A stretch of 64,000 bases of DNA from Polyangiaceae bacterium. Its GTDB lineage: Bacteria; Myxococcota_A; Polyangia; Polyangiales; Polyangiaceae. Where the stretch lies: the NCBI GenBank assembly GCA_050287085.1, contig JBNKBE010000025.1:1-64000 (forward strand), read 5' to 3'. Of the stretch, positions 10,254-19,256 are shown piece by piece (within the stretch, counting starts at the first letter, position 1; each line of letters begins with the position of its first letter). Both the position numbers and the translations under genes were made by a program. The notes beneath the pieces were generated by a model that saw only the letters and a program-made list of their open reading frames with translations, was not told where the DNA came from and ran no database searches.

Positions 10254-10490
10254 ATGGCACGCCAAAGACAACGTCACGAGCGCGAGCAGGCGGAGATGAA
10301 GCTGCGCGCCGCAGCGGCGATGCGCTCCGGGCGCGGCGTGTACAACGTCTCGCCTTATGGCTGGGTGGTAGGTACAGCGGGCGCGCTACTCGCGGTTCTG
10401 TATGCGCTCTACGCCGCCACTCGAGCGCCTCATCCGCCGTCCGGCGAGCCCAACCCAGCGGGTGAAGAGCTCATCTGGGTGGAGCCGTGA
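10254..10490 (+). CDS. Small single-TM hypothetical protein
   Basis: 78 aa, basic N-terminus, one hydrophobic helix. Fills the gap between uvrB and a convergent gene. Confidence 0.55.
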   Translation: MARQRQRHEREQAEMKLRAAAAMRSGRGVYNVSPYGWVVGTAGALLAVLYALYAATRAPHPPSGEPNPAGEELIWVEP

Positions 10491-10510
10491 GTGGCATTGG
10501 ACAATGCGAC

Positions 10511-11434
10511 TCACATTGCCGATGCGGGACAACCCACGCGCTCAGCGCTTACAACCAGATCATCGAGCCACAGGCGCTGCTCATTGGCCGACTGGTATCG
10601 CTGCCAACCGATGCTCAAGACTTCGAATGCGGAGGGTGCAATCCACTGGTCGTCCAGGTCGTGACCCAAGCAGCCACTTCCATGCCCTTCGATATCGATG
10701 TCATGTAGACGCTGACCGTTAACCCACAACCTAAGCGTGTTGGCTTCACCGTCGAAGCGCCACTCAATACACGACCATTCCTTCGTTGGCATCGGCACCT
10801 GAGAGTGGTCCCAGCAGTCGGTATTCTTCCCGTCCGTATCGTAGTTGGCCATGAAACGTCCGGTGCGTTGGGTGCCAAAGCGATACTTTGCTTCGTAGGT
10901 ACCGTCGAGACTAGCCCCAGCGGCCTCGACGAAGGTCGTATGGGCGTCCTCATCGGGCGGCGCATCGAGCCAGAGCATCATGCGCCCGAAGAAGCGACGT
11001 GGTGCCGCACCAAAGACCTCGCTCAGTGTGGCCCTGGCGAGCGCTGTAGCAGAAGCCCCTGCTCCAGCCACCACCTTGAGCGAGTGAAGGCCGCTCGCGG
11101 CGCGTTCGTCGGTGATCGCCATCGTACTATTGGACGAGACGTCATAGCCCCATGGCCCCCCTGGCACCTCGTCTACCGCGTTGGTCTCGAAACCCTCGCA
11201 GAGAGGCTGTCCTTCGCACGAGACCGATGACACCCAGGGGTCGGATAAGAACGGACCCTGCGGCAAGTCAGGACTCGCACCACCGGTATTGTTGTCGTTT
11301 CGGCCGGCTTCGGGCTCGGCAGGAGTCTCGCTCCCGCAAGCGATGAGAAGCACCGGGACAAGCACACCGACACAAGCGCTCCAACAAGTCAGGAAGCGCC
11401 GAACCTCCCTAGACAAGTTCGTCCCGTCCGGCAT
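10511..11434 (-). CDS. Lipoprotein with Cip1-like/polysaccharide-lyase-like beta-sandwich domain
   Basis: Lipobox LIAC. Motifs FGRMMLWL, FMANYD..DCW.HS, W.C.EW.FDG, LWLDDL. Start uncertain. Confidence 0.6.
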   Translation of the reverse strand: MPDGTNLSREVRRFLTCWSACVGVLVPVLLIACGSETPAEPEAGRNDNNTGGASPDLPQGPFLSDPWVSSVSCEGQPLCEGFETNAVDEVPGGPWGYDVSSNSTMAITDERAASGLHSLKVVAGAGASATALARATLSEVFGAAPRRFFGRMMLWLDAPPDEDAHTTFVEAAGASLDGTYEAKYRFGTQRTGRFMANYDTDGKNTDCWDHSQVPMPTKEWSCIEWRFDGEANTLRLWVNGQRLHDIDIEGHGSGCLGHDLDDQWIAPSAFEVLSIGWQRYQSANEQRLWLDDLVVSAERVGCPASAM

Positions 11435-12482
11435 CTTTCAACTGTTGGACTACCGTGCGCACGTCCTGGCAACGCTCCCGCGGCACGACCAGCAAAGCGT
11501 CGTCGGTTTGTACCACGCACAAGTCCGACACTCCCACCAACGCAACCGCCGAATCCCGCGGTCGCTTCGTCCGCAGGTCCATCACCAGATTTCCCGTCGC
11601 GTCGACGGCGATGGCACCAACCGGCAAGGCGTTGCCCTGCTCTGACTTTTCAGCAAGTTCCCAGGCCACCTGAAACGATCCCAGATCGCTCCACCCGATG
11701 TCCGCCGGCACGACATGGAGATCCGTCGTCTTCTCCATGATCGCGTAGTCGATGCTGTCGCTGTCTACCGCCTCGAAGAAACTTCTGACGGAAGCCTCGT
11801 CGGATCTCCCGTCGAGCCGCTTCAGCTCGGCGCTCAGCGCGGGCGCATGCTCGGCGATCGCGGCACGCATCACACTGGCCTTGAACACAAACATGCCAGC
11901 ATTCCAGTAGTAGTTGCCACTGGCGAGATAGGCCTTGGCCGTCTCCAAGTTGGGCTTCTCCACAAAGCGATTCACAGCCACCGCGTGACCGGGCCTTTTT
12001 TCCGCCGCTTCGATATAGCCGTAGCCAGTTTCGGGACGCGTTGGAGCAATGCCAAGGGTTGTGATGTGCCCCGCCTCCGCCGACGCAATCGCCATCTGCA
12101 ACGCGCCATGATACCCGGCCACGTCCGCGATGTACTGATCACTCGGAACAACTATGACGATCGCGTTCGAATCCAAGCGCGCGATGTGATCTGTCGCCCA
12201 GGCGATACAAGGTGCCGTGTTCTTGGCCATCGGCTCCGCCAAGAACTGCTCTCGCGGGAGTTCCGGCAGCGCTGCCCGCGTCACGTCGAGCACCCGCTGA
12301 CCCGTGGAGATGAAGACACGCTCGGAAGCGGTGAGAGGCAACAAGCGATCTACCGTTTGCCGCAACAGGATTCCTTCCCCTGGCGCGAGGGAAAGCAACT
12401 GCTTGGGCATCTTGGTTCGAGACGCCGGCCAAAATCGGGTACCACTGCCTCCCGCAAGCACCACCGCAAAGACCTTTGACAT
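11409..12482 (-). CDS. manC: Mannose-1-phosphate guanylyltransferase
   Basis: LAGGSGTRFWPASR..PKQ, EP..KNTAP, PETGYGYI, FVEKP, WNAGMF, SIDYAIMEK, WSDLGS. Confidence 0.95.
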   Translation of the reverse strand: MSKVFAVVLAGGSGTRFWPASRTKMPKQLLSLAPGEGILLRQTVDRLLPLTASERVFISTGQRVLDVTRAALPELPREQFLAEPMAKNTAPCIAWATDHIARLDSNAIVIVVPSDQYIADVAGYHGALQMAIASAEAGHITTLGIAPTRPETGYGYIEAAEKRPGHAVAVNRFVEKPNLETAKAYLASGNYYWNAGMFVFKASVMRAAIAEHAPALSAELKRLDGRSDEASVRSFFEAVDSDSIDYAIMEKTTDLHVVPADIGWSDLGSFQVAWELAEKSEQGNALPVGAIAVDATGNLVMDLRTKRPRDSAVALVGVSDLCVVQTDDALLVVPRERCQDVRTVVQQLKDAGRDELV

Positions 12483-13297
12483 CAGCTACCTAGTAACGCA
12501 ACAGCCGCCAGCGGTGCAACCCAAAGCACAAACCACGCGAAACGCCCCTGGTTGACCACCCCTTGCAGTAGCTTCAGTGCCAGCAAGCCGACCCCAAACG
12601 ACACGGCGGCACCCCACAGAATCGGAGCCATTGAGCCGGGGGTTTCCCCGAGGTGTCGAGCCTCCAACAGAAAGGCACCGGTCACAGCGGGGAGGCTGAT
12701 CAGCATCGAGAGCTCAAAGGCCCGCCTCGGCTGAACGCCGAGCCAAAGCAGGGCGGCAATGGTGGAGCCGCTGCGCGAAATACCCGGAGCAATGGCGATC
12801 GCCTGCGCACAACCCACCAGCAACGCCACCAGCGGAGTCGGAAATTGATCAGCTGGGAAGCGCCCCTGAGAGCTTCCGCGTTTCTCATGGGTGAAACGCG
12901 TTGACAGAAGCACGAGAGCCGTCACCAGAAAGCCAACACCTACAACCTTGGGATTGAGCGTCCAGGCCTCAAACGTATCCTTGAACAGCAAACCGATGAT
13001 AGCTGTTGGGACCGAAGCTACGACGACAGTCAGCGCGTCTTGCCCGCCCTCGGTCGTGAGGGAGCGACTCGGAGCAGCGACGATATCGGTCACGATCCGC
13101 GCGATCCGTTCTCGAAAGAACCACAAGGTCGCCAGTAGCGTGCCCGCGTGAAGCATCACGCTGAGCGTGAGATTCCCCTCGCTCAGGCCCAACCATAGTT
13201 GCCCCAAGGCAAGGTGACCGGAGCTCGACACCGGCAGAAACTCCGTGAGTCCCTGGACCGTGCCGAGCAGCGTCGCGTCGCTAAAATCCGCGCTCAT
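12482..13297 (-). CDS. uppP: Undecaprenyl-diphosphate phosphatase (BacA family)
   Basis: VQGLTEFLPVSSSGH and PGISRSGSTI motifs, polytopic membrane protein. Confidence 0.95.
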   Translation of the reverse strand: MSADFSDATLLGTVQGLTEFLPVSSSGHLALGQLWLGLSEGNLTLSVMLHAGTLLATLWFFRERIARIVTDIVAAPSRSLTTEGGQDALTVVVASVPTAIIGLLFKDTFEAWTLNPKVVGVGFLVTALVLLSTRFTHEKRGSSQGRFPADQFPTPLVALLVGCAQAIAIAPGISRSGSTIAALLWLGVQPRRAFELSMLISLPAVTGAFLLEARHLGETPGSMAPILWGAAVSFGVGLLALKLLQGVVNQGRFAWFVLWVAPLAAVALLGS

Positions 13298-13845
13298 GAT
13301 GCCTCTCCTGCCGTCCTTATCAAGTCAGCCAATTGGACCTCATCCATCTGCCGTTGCTCGTGAAACGCAACGGCGCCCCCCGGATCGATCACCACTAGCG
13401 TCGGCAGGGCGGTGGCACCAAAGGCCGAAGCAACCTGCCCTTCGCGATCGAAAACCGTCACGTAGCTGAACTCGTTCTCGTGCATGAAGCGCACCGCATC
13501 GTTCATTTGGTCGCTGGTATTGACCCCAACCACCTCCACGTTCGGAAAGCGTTTGGCAACCGCGGCAATCGCTGGAGCCTGCGCCCGACAGGGAGCACAC
13601 CAACTAGCCCAGAAGTCGAGCACGACAACCTTGCCTCTCTGATCCGACAAAGCCCAGCGGCTTCCCGGTTCACCCCCCGTGAGAATCGGAAGGGTGAAGT
13701 CGGGCGCTGGAGTGCCCACCAGGCGGCTCTTCCGCGGATCCAAGTACGGCAGGATCGCGTAGCCGAAGAATGCGGCGGTGCCGCCGGCAAGAGCCAGGAA
13801 AGTCAGAGCCTGACGACGATCCGTCGTGGGTTTGTGCTGGGCCAT
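13294..13845 (-). CDS. TlpA/ResA-family thiol-disulfide oxidoreductase
   Basis: APDFTL, VVLDFWASWCAPC, ALPT cis-Pro loop, N-terminal TM preceded by DRRQAL. ATG 13845 chosen as start. Confidence 0.9.
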   Translation of the reverse strand: MAQHKPTTDRRQALTFLALAGGTAAFFGYAILPYLDPRKSRLVGTPAPDFTLPILTGGEPGSRWALSDQRGKVVVLDFWASWCAPCRAQAPAIAAVAKRFPNVEVVGVNTSDQMNDAVRFMHENEFSYVTVFDREGQVASAFGATALPTLVVIDPGGAVAFHEQRQMDEVQLADLIRTAGEAS

Positions 13846-14023
13846 CCAGCGGCCAGACTCCCCTATCGCCGGAGCTGACGTCAAGACTGACGGGATACAT
13901 CGAAGCTTTGGTCGGAGATGCGGTGAGCGAGCTTGCTCGCGCCCCGCGGTTTGGGGCTCGGCCAGTGGGCGATCGACGAATCTCGTGCTCGGCGTCGCTC
14001 GGCTCCGAATTCGTGCATGCCAG

Positions 14024-14061
14024 CCCAAAGCCCGAACCCCAAAGCCCGAACCCCAACCCGA
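14024..14061. repeat. 14-bp tandem repeat (~2.7 copies), G-tract rich on the minus strand
   Basis: CCCAAAGCCCGAAC twice, then CCCAACCCGA. Confidence 0.85.
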
Positions 14062-14122
14062 AAGCACCTGGTCGCCGAGGACTTGACTCAACCGCGTGGG
14101 GTAGTTCCGGACCGACGATCGA

Positions 14123-15631
14123 TCAAGGTTGGGATACATCGCGCGGAAGGCCGATCCGGAAGCGCGCGCCCCCATATCGACTCGTTGCGACCGATACGCT
14201 CGCTCGATGATCAAGCACAATCTTCTTGACGATCGCGAGGCCGAGGCCGGTGCCGTTCGACTTCGTGGTGAAGTAAGGCTCAAACACTTGATTGCGCAGA
14301 GCGGGCTCGATCCCGGGGCCCGAGTCTTCGACCGCGACGGCAAAACCTGCCGGAGTCGTCTCTCCGCTGACGCTGACGCGCACCGGAAGCCCGGTGGTTG
14401 CAGCCGCTTGCACCCCATTTTCGATCAGATTGATGATAGCGCGACGAAACATGATGGGGTCGAGCTGTACCGGTGCGCTCACCTCAGGGATCTCGAAGTT
14501 CACGCGGCAATCCATGCCCTCCGCCGCAGCCGCAAAAGCTTGGGTGATGTCGGCCTGACGCTCGATCTCGCGCAGAAACTCAAAAAGGTCGACTGACTCT
14601 ACGGCGCTTTCGGGAAGACGCGCAAAGTCAGAAAACTCTCCTACAAGACGTCGCAACGAGGCAACTTCGCTCTCGACGATCTCCCGCGCGGTGTCTAGCA
14701 GTTCATCCTGCGCCCCACCGGCGCCGGTCAAGCGCTGATGCACCTCCTGAACCGCCAGCAGGATAGGGGTCAGTGGATTCTTGATTTCGTGCGCCAGACG
14801 GCGCGCCATCTCTTGCCAGGAGGCAACCCGGGAAAGGTAGTCGATACGCTCGCGGTTGTCGTCGATCTCATCCAACATGCGATTGAAACCTCGCGCCAGC
14901 TGCCCCAATTCGTCGCTCCCCCCGTCGAAGACGCGTGCGCTGAAGTCCCCAGCCGTAACGCGAGCCGTCGCATCCGCCAAATGCTGCACTCGCCGCACAA
15001 CGCCCCTTGCCAGCGCCACCCCGACCGCCACCGCCGCGATAATGGTGAAGCCTAGCAAAACGGCGAACGCAATGACGTAGGTCCGCTCGTCGCTCACCCG
15101 CCGCTGCATCAGCGTGTCATAGGCCTCGAGAAACTCGCCCGCCGCCTCAAAACGCTCCAGGCGCTCGCGCGCAACCTCAAAGCGGACGCTCAGCTCGTAG
15201 CCACCGGACATCGGATTGCTGGTGCTCAGCGGCAGAACACCTTCGTCTCCGCTCGGCTGTCCAACAGCTGCCAGTACGCTTCCAGTGGAGTCGACGACGC
15301 GCATTTCGACCGCCTCCGGGGTGGAATTGCGCAAAGCTTCAAGTCGTTGTTCGATGCGGCCACGCTCGGGTTCCGACAACAGTTCGTTGAGCTCCCTATC
15401 GGACGAATAGGCCAGCGCCGTCTGCCGCAGTCGTAGCTTGAGCTCGTGGGCAAGCTCCCGGTAGGTCGCCAGGCCCCGGTCGAGATGTTGACGAATCTCG
15501 GGAACGAAGAAGCGCTCTGAGCTTTGTCGAACGAGACTCTCGGCCAGCATCACCGCCGCGACGACAGGGATAAGTGCCGTCAGCCCGATCGCGAGGGCGA
15601 GACGGGCTTGGATGCGACGAAATGGGGGCAC
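14123..15631 (-). CDS. NtrY-like membrane sensor histidine kinase (HAMP-HisKA-HATPase)
   Basis: Two TMs, HAMP (DELGQLARGFNRM), WQEMARRLAHEIKNPLTPI, NLIENG, DSGPGI, GTGLGL. Confidence 0.93.
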   Translation of the reverse strand: MPPFRRIQARLALAIGLTALIPVVAAVMLAESLVRQSSERFFVPEIRQHLDRGLATYRELAHELKLRLRQTALAYSSDRELNELLSEPERGRIEQRLEALRNSTPEAVEMRVVDSTGSVLAAVGQPSGDEGVLPLSTSNPMSGGYELSVRFEVARERLERFEAAGEFLEAYDTLMQRRVSDERTYVIAFAVLLGFTIIAAVAVGVALARGVVRRVQHLADATARVTAGDFSARVFDGGSDELGQLARGFNRMLDEIDDNRERIDYLSRVASWQEMARRLAHEIKNPLTPILLAVQEVHQRLTGAGGAQDELLDTAREIVESEVASLRRLVGEFSDFARLPESAVESVDLFEFLREIERQADITQAFAAAAEGMDCRVNFEIPEVSAPVQLDPIMFRRAIINLIENGVQAAATTGLPVRVSVSGETTPAGFAVAVEDSGPGIEPALRNQVFEPYFTTKSNGTGLGLAIVKKIVLDHRASVSVATSRYGGARFRIGLPRDVSQP

Positions 15632-15745
15632 GACGTTGGCGTTGTCGTCGATCCCACCGTCGGTGTAAACGACTAAGCCAGCGCCGCGCGGGAAGCGCCA
15701 GCAACAACAGGTTAGAAGCGCACCACGCTTCTCCGTGTCGACCGA

Positions 15746-16879
15746 CTAGGCGTCGAGCGGCACAGAGGTGTTATCCGCGCCCATACCCGAAAGCGGTCGA
15801 GCTCGCTCTTCGAGGTAGCGCTCGCTTGCCAACTGGCCCCGCATACGCTGCACCAGGTCGCGCTCGCCAGGCCCCATCGTGGACCCGCGCTCCGCCCTCC
15901 GTCCGGCAGCTGACATATCGAAGGGAACTTCGCGTCCAAAGGGCGGTCCGCCCCCCGCGGGTGCCTCAAAGGTCACGAGTTGCTGTTCGATGTCCTTGTT
16001 GAAGCTTGCATCCTCCAAACGCGCCCGCTCGAGCTGCGCGTCATCGACCCGCGCTTGCCGAACTCGAACGCGCCGGGCCTCCGGCTCAAGAACGTTCTTT
16101 CCCGGCTCTGTGTCGTGCGCCGCACCACCCACCGAAGGCGGCGGCGTCCCGACCCCAGACAGAGCAGACTCCGCTCCGGAGCGAGAGGGGGCGGCCCCGT
16201 TGGCCGATGCTGGGGGCTCCGCCGACGCCTCTGACCTCTTCTCCTCGGGCAAGAAGATCTTCGGCTGTCCGCTGTTCAACTCGTCAAGCCCCCACGGCAA
16301 GGAAAGCTGCTCTTCGGGCACCTGGGCGCCGCGCTTCGGGCTGCCGTCCGCCGCCAGCCCGAAAGGCGTGTGCAGTGCACGCTGCGACTCCCGGGCCCCC
16401 GGGGCGGCGGCTCGCTGAAGTACATCGTAGGGGACAGCTGACTCCCCAGTCCCAGACGCGCTGCCGAGATCGAGCAGCAACTGCCCCTGAGACGCACGTT
16501 TCAGGGTGTCAAAAGGCACGGCGGATTCCGCTGTCGCGCCTTCTGCAGGTCCCGCACTTTGCTCCGAATAGGTGCGCACCGCGCGGTCGAGAACGTCCTG
16601 GACCCCCCGTTCGTCACCAGTCGGGACATGGTAGCTCTTGTCTCGCAGGACGGTGCTCGGTCGCTGCCCAAAACTGGGCAGTGGAGCGCGCGCTGCTCTC
16701 GTTGAAGCTGGCTGCCCATCGGAGCGTTTTTGCTGGTCCGCTTCGTGATAGGCAGCGTCCTTCCGCGAGCGAATCTCTTCGGCGCGCTGTGCAGGGATGA
16801 CGGCTTGAATCACTTGGAACATGGCAGGACTCGCTGGCTTTTTTTCTACTTCCGATCGGGTGAACGCCAAGGGGACCAC
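15746..16879 (-). CDS. Hypothetical low-complexity protein with repeated VP(F/Y)D-like motifs
   Basis: Long ORF co-oriented with neighbours, A/P/S/E/G-rich with internal repeats. Start uncertain. Confidence 0.6.
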   Translation of the reverse strand: MVPLAFTRSEVEKKPASPAMFQVIQAVIPAQRAEEIRSRKDAAYHEADQQKRSDGQPASTRAARAPLPSFGQRPSTVLRDKSYHVPTGDERGVQDVLDRAVRTYSEQSAGPAEGATAESAVPFDTLKRASQGQLLLDLGSASGTGESAVPYDVLQRAAAPGARESQRALHTPFGLAADGSPKRGAQVPEEQLSLPWGLDELNSGQPKIFLPEEKRSEASAEPPASANGAAPSRSGAESALSGVGTPPPSVGGAAHDTEPGKNVLEPEARRVRVRQARVDDAQLERARLEDASFNKDIEQQLVTFEAPAGGGPPFGREVPFDMSAAGRRAERGSTMGPGERDLVQRMRGQLASERYLEERARPLSGMGADNTSVPLDA

Positions 16880-17024
16880 TCCCTTGAATGAAAAGTGCCC
16901 TTGAGACGTCGATTCGCGCTCAGCGGAAGGAAGTGCGTATCACTTCGAAACGAAGCTAGTCCTTTGCCCCTTGAGTGCTGAACCAATACCCACTGTACCT
17001 CTGGCTCTGGTTCATGTCTCAGCG

Positions 17025-18347
17025 TCACACGTGCGAGACTGCCCAATACACGAGCAGCCCAGAGCCAACGACAACAAGCAGCAGCAAGACGACTCCCGTC
17101 TGGGCACTCTCCCCCACGACTCTTTGCTTTGCGGTGGCCAGCGAAGCCTGCCCCGAGGTGCGCGACACGGACTCCATGTGTCGCACGAAGCGGGTTGCCG
17201 CCGTGGCGTGAATATAAGCTACGCCAAGCGCAAGGGATGCAACCATCAAAGCACCGGCCAGCAGTAGCACCCACCCCATCCGTGTTCCGCGGCGTGCCTC
17301 CTGAGCCGCGATAGCGGCTTCAATACCGGATATCGGGCGCTCCCTTTTCAGCGTCAGGCGCCGTTCGGCAGCGGGGACCAAAGGCCAAGTCAGAAGCACG
17401 GGCGAGTCGAACAGAAATGAGGACGATACGGCCGCCCACCGAGCCGCCATGGGCTCCGGCCACTTCGCTCGCCCCACACCGCTAGCGGGGTCGAGTGGTA
17501 TACGCAGGGTAGCTCGCACACCACGCTCATCGAATAGAGCAACATGCGCCACCGCTACCGCACTCGCCGCGCGGACCACTATTTGGTCGCCTTCCCCGGC
17601 GACCCGGAGAGGCCCCTGGGTCACCGGCAACGACAGCGTACCGCTGTGTTCACTTTCCCCATTCGTACAGCTCAGCGTAAGCACCACGCCCGAGCCGGAC
17701 GCAATCACCCGCTGGGTAGAAGGTCCCGAAACCGACAGCTCCATGGTCGATAGTCCGTTGCTAGCGAACACTGCCCCATCCAGTTGCGCCGTCACTCGTC
17801 GGCATTCTTCACTCGACGGTGAGCCTTCTACCCAAGCTGGCTCGAAGCGAAGGGGCGCCTCGAATGGCGCCACCAGAGCGCCCCACGGCAGGGAGATCCG
17901 TCCAGCAGACGTTCCCAGGGTAACATTCGTCGAAGGAATGGTATTCTCGACGACCTCCCCTGGTGCGAGGGTAGCATCAAGCAACCGTATGCCATCCCGC
18001 TGCAGCACCACATGCCAGGGTGGAGGAAGAAGGTGCGTCTCGGTATTGAGCAACGCCTCTCCTTCCCTGTTCGGGCGTACAGTGAAGTGCTCGCGATGCC
18101 CTGTCCGGTCCCGCACCCAAAGCTCCGCCGGCGCTCCATCCGGCTCCAACGCCCCCCTTGCTCGCTGCACGAGCTGCGCGCGAAGAGCCAGCCTCCCAGG
18201 AGCCTGGGGTGGCGCCCACAACAATGCCGAGCGCAGCGGCGAACGGACAAGCTCCCCCCCAAGCGCGACGAGGGCGAGCAAGAACTCCAGAAGCAGCATC
18301 AGCCGAAGCGCTCCCCGCAGCCAAGCCTCCCGGGATCGCGGCGTCAC
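17025..18347 (-). CDS. Hypothetical membrane protein
   Basis: N-terminal TM, beta-rich extracytoplasmic region, two C-terminal TMs. Confidence 0.65.
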   Translation of the reverse strand: MTPRSREAWLRGALRLMLLLEFLLALVALGGELVRSPLRSALLWAPPQAPGRLALRAQLVQRARGALEPDGAPAELWVRDRTGHREHFTVRPNREGEALLNTETHLLPPPWHVVLQRDGIRLLDATLAPGEVVENTIPSTNVTLGTSAGRISLPWGALVAPFEAPLRFEPAWVEGSPSSEECRRVTAQLDGAVFASNGLSTMELSVSGPSTQRVIASGSGVVLTLSCTNGESEHSGTLSLPVTQGPLRVAGEGDQIVVRAASAVAVAHVALFDERGVRATLRIPLDPASGVGRAKWPEPMAARWAAVSSSFLFDSPVLLTWPLVPAAERRLTLKRERPISGIEAAIAAQEARRGTRMGWVLLLAGALMVASLALGVAYIHATAATRFVRHMESVSRTSGQASLATAKQRVVGESAQTGVVLLLLVVVGSGLLVYWAVSHV

Positions 18348-18598
18348 GTGGGCAGACTAGGCGTAGCGCGTGCAGATGGTCCAGGCGCCACGGACCCGCA
18401 GAGGGGAAAGTCAGCCGCGAGTCGGTCGAGACCGCCGCGAGATGGGTGGTGGGGAGCGAGTACCACAGGACTACAGGATAGCTCAGACCCAGCGATGCGA
18501 CGGCAGGGCCGGCAGGCCAGCCGCGAAGGTGCAATTTCCAGCCGAAAGCGCTATAGGCGCCTCACAAGCAACAATTGCTCAGCTAACTAGGAGAATTC

Positions 18599-19189
18599 AT
18601 GGACTTCCCGGCAATCAATGTTCCCGGCGAGGGGCAACTATACGCGCGTCTAACGACGACGCAGGGGGATATTGTAGTCGCCCTCGAAGAGACCCGCACG
18701 CCGAAGACAGTCGCCAATTTCTGCGGTCTGGCGGTCGGCAGCATCGACTGGAAAGACCCCAAGACCGGAGAGAGCATGAAAGGCACCTCGCTGTACGAGG
18801 GCGTGCGCTTTCACCGCGTCATTGAGAGTTTCATGGTGCAGGTGGGCGATCCTCTCAGCCGCCACGCGGACACGGCCAACCGCTGGGGAACGGGAGGGCC
18901 TGGCTACCGTTTCGAAGACGAGTTTCATCCAGAACTGAAACACGACCGGCCTGGCATACTGTCGATGGCCAACGCCGGACCGGGTACCAACGGTTCCCAG
19001 TTCTTCATTACCGAGGCGCCCACGCCTCACCTCAACAACCGCCACTCGGTCTTTGGTCGCGTGGTCGTTGGACAAGACGTGGTCAACAAGCTCGCAACCG
19101 TGCGCACAATCCCCGGTGACCGACCGCAGGTTGATCAGGTGCTCGAGAAGATCGAGCTATTCCGCAGCACGACTCCGCCGACGGCTTAG
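18599..19189 (+). CDS. Cyclophilin-type peptidyl-prolyl cis-trans isomerase
   Basis: PKTVANF, FHRVIESFMVQVGDP, ILSMANAGPGTNGSQFFIT, HSVFGRV. AGGAG RBS. Confidence 0.96.
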   Translation: MDFPAINVPGEGQLYARLTTTQGDIVVALEETRTPKTVANFCGLAVGSIDWKDPKTGESMKGTSLYEGVRFHRVIESFMVQVGDPLSRHADTANRWGTGGPGYRFEDEFHPELKHDRPGILSMANAGPGTNGSQFFITEAPTPHLNNRHSVFGRVVVGQDVVNKLATVRTIPGDRPQVDQVLEKIELFRSTTPPTA

Positions 19190-19205
19190 CTTTCCGTCTG
19201 CGAGC

Positions 19206-19252
19206 GCAGCGGTGCCGCGCCGGCCCCTCCACTCGGGGTCGCGCGGTGCTGC
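19206..19252. terminator. Long GC-rich hairpin between convergent genes, possible terminator
   Basis: Nested pairings GCAGC/GCTGC, GCCGCG/CGCGGT and CGGCCCC/GGGGTCG. No U-tract. Confidence 0.4.
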
Positions 19253-19256
19253 AGTC

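Noticed and set aside
13846..14418. N-terminal extension of the TlpA ORF (similar extensions on rplM, patatin, 45221-46579 and 58853-60133)
   Set aside because: Overlaps neighbouring genes or leaders and is non-homologous; internal starts give family-typical lengths.
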